The notes under the pieces are model-generated. The model searched no databases. It was not told the DNA's origin and saw nothing but the letters and a program-made list of their open reading frames with translations. A program made the position numbers and the translations under genes. Of a stretch of DNA of 64,000 nt, positions 54,767 to 64,000 are shown one piece after another. The stretch spans positions 1,536,001-1,600,000 of the forward strand of contig OZ241986.1 in assembly GCA_965204375.1 (NCBI GenBank), in the 5' to 3' direction. Position 1 is the stretch's first letter. The number at the start of each line of letters is the position of its first letter. This stretch comes from Candidatus Latescibacterota bacterium. Its GTDB lineage: Bacteria; Latescibacterota; UBA2968.

Positions 54767-54889
54767 TGATGGGCAAATGCGTGCCTGCCAGTTGATTAAA
54801 CTCAACGGCCTGTTGATTGGTCAGACACGCTATTTATTTTATCTTTGTCCTCGACTTTTTCCTGTTCAACCGAATAAGAGAAAAGATGT

Positions 54890-57800
54890 ATGCGCGATAT
54901 AGATACAACCATTCGCAACTTGATGTCAGAACGCATTTTGCTGCTCGATGGGGCGATGGCTACGGTGATCCAGGCTTATGATCTGGACGAGCGAGCGTTT
55001 CGAGGTGATGGCTTTGTCGATCATCCCATTGATGTGAAGGATGGAAGTGGGTGTGGGGCCGCGTGCGAGTGCCGTGGTGATGAATTTACCGACCATCCCA
55101 TTGATGTGAAGGGGTGTATCGATCTCTTGTGCCTGACACAGCCGCATTTGATTGCAGATGTCCATCGGCGATTTTTGGATGCTGGAGCAGATATTATTGA
55201 GACGAATACGTTTAATGCCACGCCGATCTCAATGGCGGAGTATCAGCTTCAGGACCGGGTTTACGATCTCAATGTGGCAGCCGCACAGGTTGCGCGAAAA
55301 GTAGCGGATAAGGTGACAGTGCAAAATCCGGATAAGCCGCGATTTGTTGCGGGTGCTCTGGGACCAACGAGTTGTACGCTTACGCTGTCGCCCAATGTGA
55401 ATGACCCGGCTTTTCGCACGCACACCTTTGAAGATGTGGTCAATGGGTATTACGCGCAGATCGAGGGTTTGATGGCCGGCGGTGTAGATATAATCATGGT
55501 GGAGACGGTGTTCGATACGCTCACGGCCAAAGCCGCGCTATTTGCCATATCGCGTTATTTTCTGGATCACGGTGTGAAAGTACCCGTGATGATTTCCGGC
55601 ACAGTGACCGATCAAAGTGGACGCACATTGTCCGGACAGACGATAGAGGCATTCTGGTTGTCGGTGGCGCATGCACAGCCCTTGAGTGTGGGGATTAACT
55701 GCGCCCTCGGTGCGCGAGAAATGCGGCCTTATGTGGAGGCTTTGTCGCATTTTGCACCGGCATTTATGAGTTGTTATCCCAATGCGGGTTTGCCCAATGA
55801 GTTTGGGGAATACGACGATTCTCCGGGGCACATGGCGGGTGTTTTGGGCGATTTTGCCGCGCAGGGTTGGCTCAATATTGTGGGCGGATGTTGTGGCACT
55901 ACGCCCGAACATATCGCTGCGATTGCCGAGGCTGTATCCGATAAGGCACCGAGAAAAATTCCCGAGCGTTCTTCTGTGTCGCGCTTTAGCGGTTTGGAGC
56001 CGATGATTATTTATCCGGATTCCAATTTTATTATGATTGGCGAGCGCACCAATGTGACGGGATCGCGACGGTTTGCGCGGTTGATCAAAACGGGTGATTA
56101 TGCGGCGGCACTGGCAGTTGCGCGGGAACAGGTGGTCGGTGGCGCGAATATGATCGATATCAATATGGACGAGGGATTGCTCGATTCAAAAGACGCTATG
56201 GCGACGTTTTTAAAGCTGATTGCGGGCGAACCCGATATTGCGCGCGTGCCAATTGTGATTGACAGTTCCGATTTTGAAGTGATCGAGGCCGGGTTAAAAT
56301 GTGTGCAGGGCAAGGCGATTGTCAATTCCATAAGTTTGAAAGAGGGCGAGGCGGTTTTTAAGTCGCAGGCAGAAAACGTGTTGCGCTATGGCGCTGCGGT
56401 TGTGGTGATGGCGTTTGATGAGAAGGGGCAGGCGACGTCGATTGAAGATAAGGTGCGGATTTGCCAGCGCGCATATCGCATTTTGACCGAAGATGTGGGG
56501 ATGGATGCATCGGATATTATTTTTGATCCGAATATTCTGACCGTTGCAACGGGTATTGAGGAACACAACGATTATGCAGTCAATTTTATCGAGGCTGTGA
56601 AGCAGATCAAAGATCTGTGTCCAGGCGCGAAAACGAGTGGTGGTGTGAGCAATATTTCATTCTCTTTTCGGGGCAATGATTATGTGCGGGAGGCGATTCA
56701 CGCGGCTTTTTTATATCACGCCATTCAAGCGGGTCTGGATATGGGCATTGTCAATGCCGGGCAGTTGATGGTGTATGAAGAAATCCCCGAGAAGTTGCGC
56801 GTGCTGATTGAAGATGTGTTGTTTAACAGGCGGGAAGATGCAACGGAACGGCTGGTGGATTTTGCCGAGTCTGTGCGGTCAGAGGGCAAGAGGCGAGAAA
56901 AAGACGATGCATGGCGGCAGGGGACGGTTGAAGATCGTTTGAAGCACGCGCTGTTGCACGGGCAGTCAGAGCATCTGGAAGAGGATTTGGAGGAGGCACT
57001 TGGGAAGTACAAACCGCTGGAGATGATCGAAGGTCCCTTGATGGATGGGATGAATGTGGTGGGTGATTTGTTTGGCGCAGGTAAAATGTTTTTGCCCCAG
57101 GTGGTCAAAACAGCGCGCGTGATGAAGCAGGCGGTGGCGTATCTCGAGCCTTTGATGGAAGATGAGAAAGCGGGCGGTAGAGCACGGGGCAAAATTCTGA
57201 TGGCGACGGTAAAGGGCGATGTTCACGATATTGGCAAGAATATTGTGGGCGTGGTTTTGGGGTGCAATAATTACGAGGTGATCGATTTGGGTGTTATGGT
57301 GCCCGCGGATCGCATTTTGAGAGTTGCGCGAGAAAAAGAGGTCGATATTATCGGGCTGAGCGGTTTGATTACGCCGTCGCTCAATGAGATGGTCCATGTT
57401 GCGGGGGAGATGCAGCGCGAAGCGTTTGACGTGCCCCTTTTAATTGGGGGAGCGACCACGAGCCGCAAGCATACGGCGGTAAAAATTGCGCCGGTTTACG
57501 ATTATGCAACCGTGCATGTGAAGGATGCTTCGCGCGCAACAGGTGTAGTGGGCACGCTGTTAAACGCAGAGCAGCGCGAAGAGTATGTGCGGGCAAATCG
57601 CGAGTCTCAGCAGCGGGCATTGGCGGAGTTTAATATTTCCCAAAGACCACTTATTTCATACTCAGATGCACTGGCGCGTAGCCAGACGTTTGATTGGGCA
57701 CAGATTGATCTTCCCAGACCCAGTTTTACAGGTGTTCAGGCTTTGCGCGATTTCCCAATTTCCCAACTGGTCGATTTTATCGATTGGGGACCGTTTTTCC

Positions 57801-58618
57801 ACGCCTGGGAACTGCGGGGCAGCTATCCGAAGATATTGAATGATCCGAACAAGGGGGCGGAGGCGCGCAAATTATTCGACGACGCGCAGGCAATGCTCAA
57901 GGCGATTGTGGATGAGGGATGGATCCAGGCACAGGCTGTGTACGGATTTTTCCCGGCAAATGCCGATGGGGATGATATTGTCGTGTTTGAAGATGAGCGC
58001 AGAGATGCCGAGCGGGCGCGGTTGCCGATGTTGCGCCAGCAGCAGGAAAAGCGCGCGGGAGGACCGTATTTTTCACTGGCCGATTTTGTCGCACCTGCCG
58101 GATACGCAGATTATATCGGGGCATTTGCCGTGACTGCGGGATTGGGCGTTGACGCAAAAGCAACGGCGTTTAAGCACGCATTGGACGATTACAATGCCAT
58201 TTTGCTTCAGGCTTTAGCGGATCGTCTGGCTGAGGCGTTTGCCGAACGTTTGCACGCAAAGGCGCGGAGAGATTGGGGCTATGGTCTGGATGAAACGCTG
58301 AGCAATGAGGATTTGATCAGGGAGAGATATCGCGGTATTCGCCCCGCGCCCGGTTATCCGGCTTGCCCGGATCACACGGAGAAGCAGACTTTGTTTGATT
58401 TGCTCGGGGTTGAGCGAGAGACGGATATTCGATTGACGGAGAATTTTGCGATGTCCCCAGCGGCTTCTGTCAGTGGCTGGTATCTCGCACATCCCGATGC
58501 GCGCTATTTTGCCGTGGGCAAGATCGACGCCGATCAAGTGACCGATTACGCACGGCGGAAGGGAATGCAGATGGCAGAGATGGAACGCTGGTTAGCGCCA
58601 AATTTGGGGTATAAGTAG
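54890..58618 (+). CDS. metH: Cobalamin-dependent methionine synthase
   Basis: [52 protein letters not shown]. Confidence 0.97.
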   Translation: MRDIDTTIRNLMSERILLLDGAMATVIQAYDLDERAFRGDGFVDHPIDVKDGSGCGAACECRGDEFTDHPIDVKGCIDLLCLTQPHLIADVHRRFLDAGADIIETNTFNATPISMAEYQLQDRVYDLNVAAAQVARKVADKVTVQNPDKPRFVAGALGPTSCTLTLSPNVNDPAFRTHTFEDVVNGYYAQIEGLMAGGVDIIMVETVFDTLTAKAALFAISRYFLDHGVKVPVMISGTVTDQSGRTLSGQTIEAFWLSVAHAQPLSVGINCALGAREMRPYVEALSHFAPAFMSCYPNAGLPNEFGEYDDSPGHMAGVLGDFAAQGWLNIVGGCCGTTPEHIAAIAEAVSDKAPRKIPERSSVSRFSGLEPMIIYPDSNFIMIGERTNVTGSRRFARLIKTGDYAAALAVAREQVVGGANMIDINMDEGLLDSKDAMATFLKLIAGEPDIARVPIVIDSSDFEVIEAGLKCVQGKAIVNSISLKEGEAVFKSQAENVLRYGAAVVVMAFDEKGQATSIEDKVRICQRAYRILTEDVGMDASDIIFDPNILTVATGIEEHNDYAVNFIEAVKQIKDLCPGAKTSGGVSNISFSFRGNDYVREAIHAAFLYHAIQAGLDMGIVNAGQLMVYEEIPEKLRVLIEDVLFNRREDATERLVDFAESVRSEGKRREKDDAWRQGTVEDRLKHALLHGQSEHLEEDLEEALGKYKPLEMIEGPLMDGMNVVGDLFGAGKMFLPQVVKTARVMKQAVAYLEPLMEDEKAGGRARGKILMATVKGDVHDIGKNIVGVVLGCNNYEVIDLGVMVPADRILRVAREKEVDIIGLSGLITPSLNEMVHVAGEMQREAFDVPLLIGGATTSRKHTAVKIAPVYDYATVHVKDASRATGVVGTLLNAEQREEYVRANRESQQRALAEFNISQRPLISYSDALARSQTFDWAQIDLPRPSFTGVQALRDFPISQLVDFIDWGPFFHAWELRGSYPKILNDPNKGAEARKLFDDAQAMLKAIVDEGWIQAQAVYGFFPANADGDDIVVFEDERRDAERARLPMLRQQQEKRAGGPYFSLADFVAPAGYADYIGAFAVTAGLGVDAKATAFKHALDDYNAILLQALADRLAEAFAERLHAKARRDWGYGLDETLSNEDLIRERYRGIRPAPGYPACPDHTEKQTLFDLLGVERETDIRLTENFAMSPAASVSGWYLAHPDARYFAVGKIDADQVTDYARRKGMQMAEMERWLAPNLGYK

Positions 58619-58619
58619 G

Positions 58620-58643
58620 GAAGTGTGAAGGAAGAAGTGTGAA
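58620..58643. repeat. Short GAAGTGT heptamer repeat after the metH stop
   Basis: GAAGTGT GAAGGAA GAAGTGT GAA. Confidence 0.7.
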
Positions 58644-58701
58644 AATTACGTCGTTGGAGCGGCATCCCTGCCGCGAATGTGGAAAGTGGAAAAACGAGAA
58701 C

Positions 58702-58766
58702 ATGAACAAGGCTTATGTTGAATGGCGAGATGAAGGCTATTGGATTGCGAATAGTCGTGTCTCTCT
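58702..58766 (+). pseudogene. 5' fragment of a DUF433-family gene cut by the IS3 element
   Basis: MNKAYVEWRDEGYWIANSRVS resembles the DUF433 N-terminus; no continuation after the IS. Confidence 0.6.
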
Positions 58767-60165
58767 TGTTATGCTTCAGATAAAACTGGACTTTTGCGGA
58801 TCTTTGATAAGCTATAAATTGGGCTCAGACAAAGGAGGAGTCCATGTCGAAGAAGCGTAAGCAATATACCCCTGAGGAGAAGGTGTCGATTTTGCGTCGT
58901 CATCTGTTAGATGGCGTACCCGTGTCAGATTTGTGCGATGCCCATGGGATTCACCCGACGATGTTCTACAAGTGGCAGAAGGTGTTTTTCGAGCAAGGTG
59001 CCTCAGCCTTTGCGCCAAAGCAGAGTGTGCACGAGAAACAGCAAGCCAAAAAGATTGCGGTCCTACAGGCCAAATTGACCACAAAGAACGAAGTGTTGTC
59101 AGAACTGATGGAAGAGCACATTTTTCTAAAAAAAAGTCTTGGGGAGACCTGAGTCCGCGCAAGGTATCGCGTGCCATTCGCGATGCGGTGATTGATTTTG
59201 TCGTCCATTGGCACAAGCAAACTGGTATCTGCATCGGTCAGTTTTTATCCTTATTAGAGTTATCCAAAAGCACATACTATGACTGGAAAGCCCGGTATGG
59301 TGTGCCCAATGTCTCTTATGCATCACTGCCCAAGACATCCTGGCTCTTAGACTGGGAGAAGCAAGCCATTATCACTTATGCCTTATCGCATCCCGACTTG
59401 GGGTATCGTCGTCTTTCGTATCAGATGATAGATGAAGATGTGGTCGCCGTTTCGCCCAGCAGCGTGTATCGCGTGCTCAAAAGGGCCGATTTGCTTGGTC
59501 GAACTTTAAAAGAGGTCTCAAAGAAGGGGACAGGATTTGACCAGCCAACAGGCGCACACCAGCATTGGCATGTGGATGTATCCTATCTGAATATCTGCGG
59601 GACCTTCTACTACTTATGTGCCCTTTTAGATGGCTATAGTCGATACCTCGTCCATTTTGAGATCCGAGAAGCGATGCGAGAAGCAGATGTCGAGATCATT
59701 ATTCAAAGAGGTAGAGAAAAGTTCCCGAAGGCTACACCGCGTATCATCTCGGATAACGGCCCGCAGTTTATCGCGCACGCCTTCAAGTCCTTTATTAGAC
59801 ACTGCGGGATGACCCATGTGCGAACCTCGCCGTTTTATCCGCAATCCAATGGCAAGATCGAGCGGTGGCACCAGTCGCTCAAGCGCGAGTGCATTCGTCC
59901 CAAAACACCGACGAATTTGGAGGAGGCGCGAGAGGTCGTTGCCAGATTTGTCGCGCATTACAACCACAGGAGATACCACGCCGGGATTGGGTATATCGCA
60001 CCTGTTGATAAATTGTGTGGTCGAGCACCGATTATTGTTAAAGAACGAAAACGCAAGTTGGCGCAGGCAAAATGCCTGCGTGCCCAACTCAGAGCCGTCA
60101 AACCCGTTGCCTATTTGTAGCTTAACTATAACACGCAAAATTCCACTTTACTTTGAACCATTACA
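58767..60165 (+). mobile_element. IS3-family insertion sequence, 1399 bp
   Basis: TG...CA ends; 32-bp imperfect inverted repeats (25/32); orfA/orfB; no target duplication. Confidence 0.9.
58844..60120 (+). CDS. IS3 transposase OrfA (58844-59152) and OrfB, joined by -1 programmed frameshift
   Basis: OrfA HTH (YTPEEKVSIL...FYKWQK); A8G run at 59128-59136; OrfB DDE motifs WHVDVSY, ISDNGPQF, QSNGKIER. Confidence 0.9.
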
Positions 60166-60240
60166 GTATGATTTCCGTATTAGGCTGAACGATGAGGTCA
60201 TCGAGGAATTCGAGGAAGATACAGAGGGTCTTGACGTACT

Positions 60241-60597
60241 GTGCAGAAAGATTGCCAATTTGAAGACCAAGAAGGGAATAGAGTTATAACGAAAATAAAT
60301 AAGCATATACTTTGGAGCCACATTGAGTCTCGTCTCAATTCGTCGCTTCCGAAATGGGAGGATTACATTGACAACTTCGGCCAAGTAGCAGCTATTGAAG
60401 AGAGAATTGCTGGCAGGACATGGAATGACGACGAAGTTTTCGAGGGATTATTGATGGCTGTGCTGTCCAGTGGTATTGATTGGTCCAAGGTCGAAAAGAT
60501 TCGTCAGGAACTTAAGGATGTATTTTGCAATTTCAGCCTTGAGGAATACGCTGCGTTGCCAGATACCAAAATAACCAATTGTATCGTACCCTACTGA
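60241..60597 (+). pseudogene. Truncated fragment resembling DNA-3-methyladenine glycosylase I-type helical proteins
   Basis: DDEVFEGLLMAVLSSGIDWSKV...VFCNF resembles Tag-like motifs; abrupt end, uncertain start. Confidence 0.4.
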
Positions 60598-60730
60598 CCG
60601 TGTGTTTCAAAACCTGCTCTTTAGTCATTGCAGCGGCTCCTCAAGTCTTTCCAATAGATTTTGGCGCGTTCATTTTCGGAATGTAGCGTACACGCTACAA
60701 AAAGCAAATAAAAAGTAGGAGGAAAACAGT

Positions 60731-60916
60731 ATGCCTATTTATGTCGTATTTGCTCATCCGACTAAGAGATCTTTTACGGGTGATGTTCTGGCAGAATTTT
60801 GTCGTGGGTTGGAGGATGGGGGCCACTCGTATGAGATAGGCGATTTGTACGAAATGTATTTCAGGACTGATATGAGTTTGGATAAATACAATCGGGAGTT
60901 GACTTTACCGAGGTGA
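60731..60916 (+). pseudogene. N-terminal fragment of an NAD(P)H-dependent flavodoxin-like oxidoreductase
   Basis: AGGAGG RBS; VVFAHP...SFT...DLY then stop at 61 aa. Confidence 0.75.
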
Positions 60917-60919
60917 CTT

Positions 60920-62113
60920 ATGGCTGATCCCATTCTACGTCGGTTGGTACTGCACCGTTTCCGTAGCCTTCAGTTGGAACAAGTAGAATTCGACAACCCG
61001 ACCTTTCTCGTCGGTCAGAATGGCTCTGGCAAGAGCAACTTCGCCGATGCCTTTGCGTTTCTCGCAGAGGCAATGGCCTTTCCGCTGCGAGCCCTTATTG
61101 AGCAACGCAGGGGATTTTCCGCGGTTTCCTATCAAGACTCCGAAGAGGACTGTCTGTCAAACCTGGGTCTGTCGGTGATGCTGGAAAATCTGGATGATAC
61201 GCCACGAGCTCGATATGGATTCGAGTTGCGCGCCCGGGCAGGCTACGGCTTTGAGGTTGTTCGTGAGCAATGCATCGTGCAGAGGTCTGATGGATCGCGT
61301 GATTGGTTTGATCGCTCCACATCGGAATGGGATAGTAGCGCGGATTTTCCGTATCGTATGGAACCTGACGCACTTGCTATGCCCTTGATCGGTGGTGATG
61401 AACGCTTTCAGGCGGTTCCGCGATTCCTCTCGGAAATGTGCGCGTATCGGATTGACCCGGCGGCCCTGCGAACAATGCAAGATTTGGACGGGGGTGTGCG
61501 ATTGCTTTCTCATGGCAGCAATGCAGCCAGTGTACTGCGCGAGATTCAACGCGAATCCCCAGATACCTGGAAGCGAATTCTTGAGCTTCTCGAAAGTATT
61601 GTCCCCGGGACCATCGGTGTCCAGCCCCAAAAGTACGGTAACAAGCTGATGCTGGAGTTCACACAGGATTGGGCGCAGCCGAGGCCCGTCAAGTTCGAAG
61701 CCTTCAATATGTCTGACGGCACGTTGCGGACGCTTGGGCTGCTCGCAGCGATCTTTCAGCATCCAGCACCCTCGCTACTCGTCATTGAAGAACCGGAAGC
61801 CACAATCCACCCTGGAGCTCTTGGCTCGATTTTGGATGTACTACGGCATGCTGGGCGTTTTATGCAGGTCGTAGTGACAACGCACAGTCCAGATGTTCTC
61901 AATGCCAAATGGATTGAGGACCGCCACTTGAGGATTGTGAACTGCGATAAAGGAGCGACGCGGATCAGTCAGGTTTCACCAGCGACACGGGAGGCCCTGA
62001 ACGAGCATCTGATGGGTGCAGGAGAGTTGCTCCGCTCAAACGCGCTGACGCCCGCCGATTTGTTCGACCATAATCCGAGTCAACTCGGGTTGTTCGAGGA
62101 TGACCTCTCATGA
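60920..62113 (+). CDS. AAA_21/ABC-type ATPase of defence or TA-associated type
   Basis: GQNGSGKSN Walker A, MSDGTLR signature, IEEPE...HP, TTHSP. Confidence 0.9.
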   Translation: MADPILRRLVLHRFRSLQLEQVEFDNPTFLVGQNGSGKSNFADAFAFLAEAMAFPLRALIEQRRGFSAVSYQDSEEDCLSNLGLSVMLENLDDTPRARYGFELRARAGYGFEVVREQCIVQRSDGSRDWFDRSTSEWDSSADFPYRMEPDALAMPLIGGDERFQAVPRFLSEMCAYRIDPAALRTMQDLDGGVRLLSHGSNAASVLREIQRESPDTWKRILELLESIVPGTIGVQPQKYGNKLMLEFTQDWAQPRPVKFEAFNMSDGTLRTLGLLAAIFQHPAPSLLVIEEPEATIHPGALGSILDVLRHAGRFMQVVVTTHSPDVLNAKWIEDRHLRIVNCDKGATRISQVSPATREALNEHLMGAGELLRSNALTPADLFDHNPSQLGLFEDDLS

Positions 62114-62342
62114 TAATCCAGCCAATCTATATAACTGTCCACCAGCTATTTAGCCCCACAACTTCAATTGATTTTGTGGGGATTTTTTTATTTTTTAGCA
62201 GTCTATTTTCTATATTGCCGAATAACCTTATATTTGAAAAGCGTTTGGTGTGTTTGACTGAGCGTTGTATTATTGAAAATGAATATGTGAGAGATAAAAA
62301 CGAATTAACAACTGCAAGGTAGCATGGATAAGGAGGTGACCC

Positions 62343-62543
62343 GTGTCAAATGTAGAAGCTATCAAGTCAGCTATTGAAGCTCTGCCCGAATCAGATTACA
62401 TCAAGTTGAGGCAATGGTTCAATGAAAAAGACTGGGAAAAATGGGATAAACAGATTGAGGAGGACTCAAAATCGGGGAAATTGGATTTTTTAATTGCTGA
62501 CGCGCTGAAAGAGAAAGAGAAGGGAACACTCAAGGAGCTTTAA
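62343..62543 (+). CDS. Putative antitoxin
   Basis: AAGGAGG RBS, GTG start; WFNEKDWEKWDKQIEEDSKSGKLDFL; TAATG overlap with next gene. Confidence 0.7.
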   Translation: MSNVEAIKSAIEALPESDYIKLRQWFNEKDWEKWDKQIEEDSKSGKLDFLIADALKEKEKGTLKEL

Positions 62544-62797
62544 TGCATCGGACAACAACACGCTTCTGGAGATACTTTGAGAAACTTCCTGAATCAGTTC
62601 AAGAGGTCGCAAGACAAAATTTCCAGTTGCTCAAAATGAACCGAAGACATCCCTCCCTAAATTTTAAGAAGATTGGTAGGTTTTGGTCTGTTCGCACTGG
62701 TATCGCTCACAGAGCACTTGCCATAGAAGACGGTGAAGACTTCATCTGGGTTTGGATCGGTCATCATGACGAATACCAGCGGATAATCGAATCCTGA
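62543..62797 (+). CDS. RelE/ParE-like toxin
   Basis: HRTTTRFW...LP...HPSLNFKK...WSVR...HRALA...WIGHHDEY. Confidence 0.8.
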   Translation: MHRTTTRFWRYFEKLPESVQEVARQNFQLLKMNRRHPSLNFKKIGRFWSVRTGIAHRALAIEDGEDFIWVWIGHHDEYQRIIES

Positions 62798-62814
62798 CCT
62801 TTGAAAGGTAAAAC

Positions 62815-64000
62815 ATGCGCAGAGCGAAAATAGTGAGTACACTGGGTCCTGCGAGTTCGTCGGAGCGCGTGATAGAGCAACTAATTGGGGCGGGGGTGGA
62901 TGTTTTTCGGCTCAATTTTTCACACGGCACGCGGGACGAACACGCCGAGAATGTTGGGCGCATTTGGCAGATTGCGGATAACATGCAGCGCAGTGTTGCC
63001 ATTTTGCAGGATTTGCAGGGGCCAAAAATGCGAGTGGGGAAACTCGCAGAGGATCCGGTTGAGTTGGAGGAAGGCAGCAGGCTGACGGTGACGACCCGCG
63101 AAGTTCCGGGCGATGCCGAGTGTGTATCGACAACTTATGCGAGATTGCCTCGAGATGTGAAGCCCGCGGATCGCATTTTGCTCGATGACGGGCATATTGA
63201 GTTGCTGGTACGCGAGGTCTATCGTTCGGATGTCGTATGTGAAGTTGTGGTGGGTGGGCTGTTAAAATCCAATAAGGGTATCAATTTGCCCGGTGTACAG
63301 GTCAGCGCGCCTTCTCTGACGACCAAAGATCGAGAGGATCTGGATCTGGGTATCGAATTGGGCGTGGATTATATTGCCCTGTCTTTTGTGCGGGAACCCG
63401 ACGATGTGCGAGAGGTTCAACATATTATTGAACGGGCAGAGAAAGAGATCCCCGTTATTGCAAAGCTGGAACGCGCCGAAGCCGTCGATCACCTCGAAGA
63501 TATTCTCGATGTTGCCGATGGCGTGATGGTTGCGCGGGGCGATCTGGGTGTGGAATTATCACCTGAAGACGTGCCGGTGATCCAGAAGCGCGTGATTTCG
63601 GCGGCCAATCGCGCGGGGGTATTCGTGATTACGGCCACGCAGATGTTAGAGTCGATGACCGATCACCCGCGGCCCACGCGCGCCGAGGCGTCAGATGTGG
63701 CCAATGCGATTTTCGACGGCACCGATGCAGTGATGTTGTCTGGCGAGACTGCAATTGGCAAATATCCCGTTCAAACCGTGCAAATGATGGCGCGGATTAT
63801 TGAGAAGGCAGAAGCGAGTGTGGAACTGGCTCCGCCAATTTTGAATCTGGATTCATCGCTCTCTTTTCCCGATGCGATTGGGCAAGCTGCCGCTGCGGTA
63901 TCAACGGCAGTATCTCCCAAAGCCATTGTCGCATTTACCCAATCGGGATCTACAGCGCGTCTGATTTCAAAGCGCAGACCGCGCACGCCGATTATTGCAT
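62815..64000 (+). CDS. pyk: Pyruvate kinase, truncated by window end (not in ORF track)
   Basis: MRRAKIVSTLGPA, RLNFSHG, QDLQGPK, IAKLE, MVARGDLG, TATQMLESM, DAVMLSGET. Confidence 0.96.
   Translation, partial: MRRAKIVSTLGPASSSERVIEQLIGAGVDVFRLNFSHGTRDEHAENVGRIWQIADNMQRSVAILQDLQGPKMRVGKLAEDPVELEEGSRLTVTTREVPGDAECVSTTYARLPRDVKPADRILLDDGHIELLVREVYRSDVVCEVVVGGLLKSNKGINLPGVQVSAPSLTTKDREDLDLGIELGVDYIALSFVREPDDVREVQHIIERAEKEIPVIAKLERAEAVDHLEDILDVADGVMVARGDLGVELSPEDVPVIQKRVISAANRAGVFVITATQMLESMTDHPRPTRAEASDVANAIFDGTDAVMLSGETAIGKYPVQTVQMMARIIEKAEASVELAPPILNLDSSLSFPDAIGQAAAAVSTAVSPKAIVAFTQSGSTARLISKRRPRTPIIA

Noticed and set aside
54770-54889. SAM, SAH or cobalamin riboswitch upstream of metH
   Set aside because: A hairpin is present (GCGTG...CACGC) but no recognisable consensus; more simply the tauE terminator
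60682-60699. TGTAGCGT-AC-ACGCTACA palindrome as an operator
   Set aside because: Single short palindrome, possibly a REP remnant; no cognate regulator visible
1-64000. Numerous 60-250 aa antisense or alternate-frame ORFs in the track
   Set aside because: They overlap well-supported genes and lack RBSs and recognisable motifs

Overview
Bacterial chromosomal segment with roughly balanced GC by eye and several AT-richer accessory inserts. The gene mix (PhyH dioxygenases, sulfatases, Gfo/Idh/MocA oxidoreductases, DUF6785-like membrane proteins, xanthine-dehydrogenase-family operons, small TA and defence cargo) resembles sponge-associated or marine heterotrophs such as Latescibacterota, Gemmatimonadota or Poribacteria; this placement is inference only. 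Core genes are hpt, mutL, miaA, tRNA-Gly(CCC), metH, a partial pyk, a family-5 UDG, an RsmC-like methyltransferase and phnX. Mobile DNA comprises an intact IS256-family element with a 10-bp flanking direct repeat, an IS3-family element without a target duplication, and a 301-bp non-autonomous IS200/IS605-type element. The strongest leads are: (1) the 301-bp element, whose ends fit the IS608-type cleavage/guide rules and which carries its own near-consensus sigma70 promoter upstream of a structured RNA reading through the right end (candidate stand-alone omega/reRNA cassette); (2) a MutL with an intact ATPase and clamp-binding motif but substituted endonuclease metal ligands; (3) a coupled ExbB-ExbD-TonB-like-TPR-PEGA operon; (4) duplicated PhyH-family enzymes with an HxG halogenase-like motif; (5) phnX paired with a phosphonoacetaldehyde reductase-like gene and a Thr-type sulfatase-fold enzyme; (6) heptamer-based repeats and duplicated gene-start remnants around cargo-insertion sites. 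All family assignments come from recognising motifs by eye; no database searches or folding computations were run.
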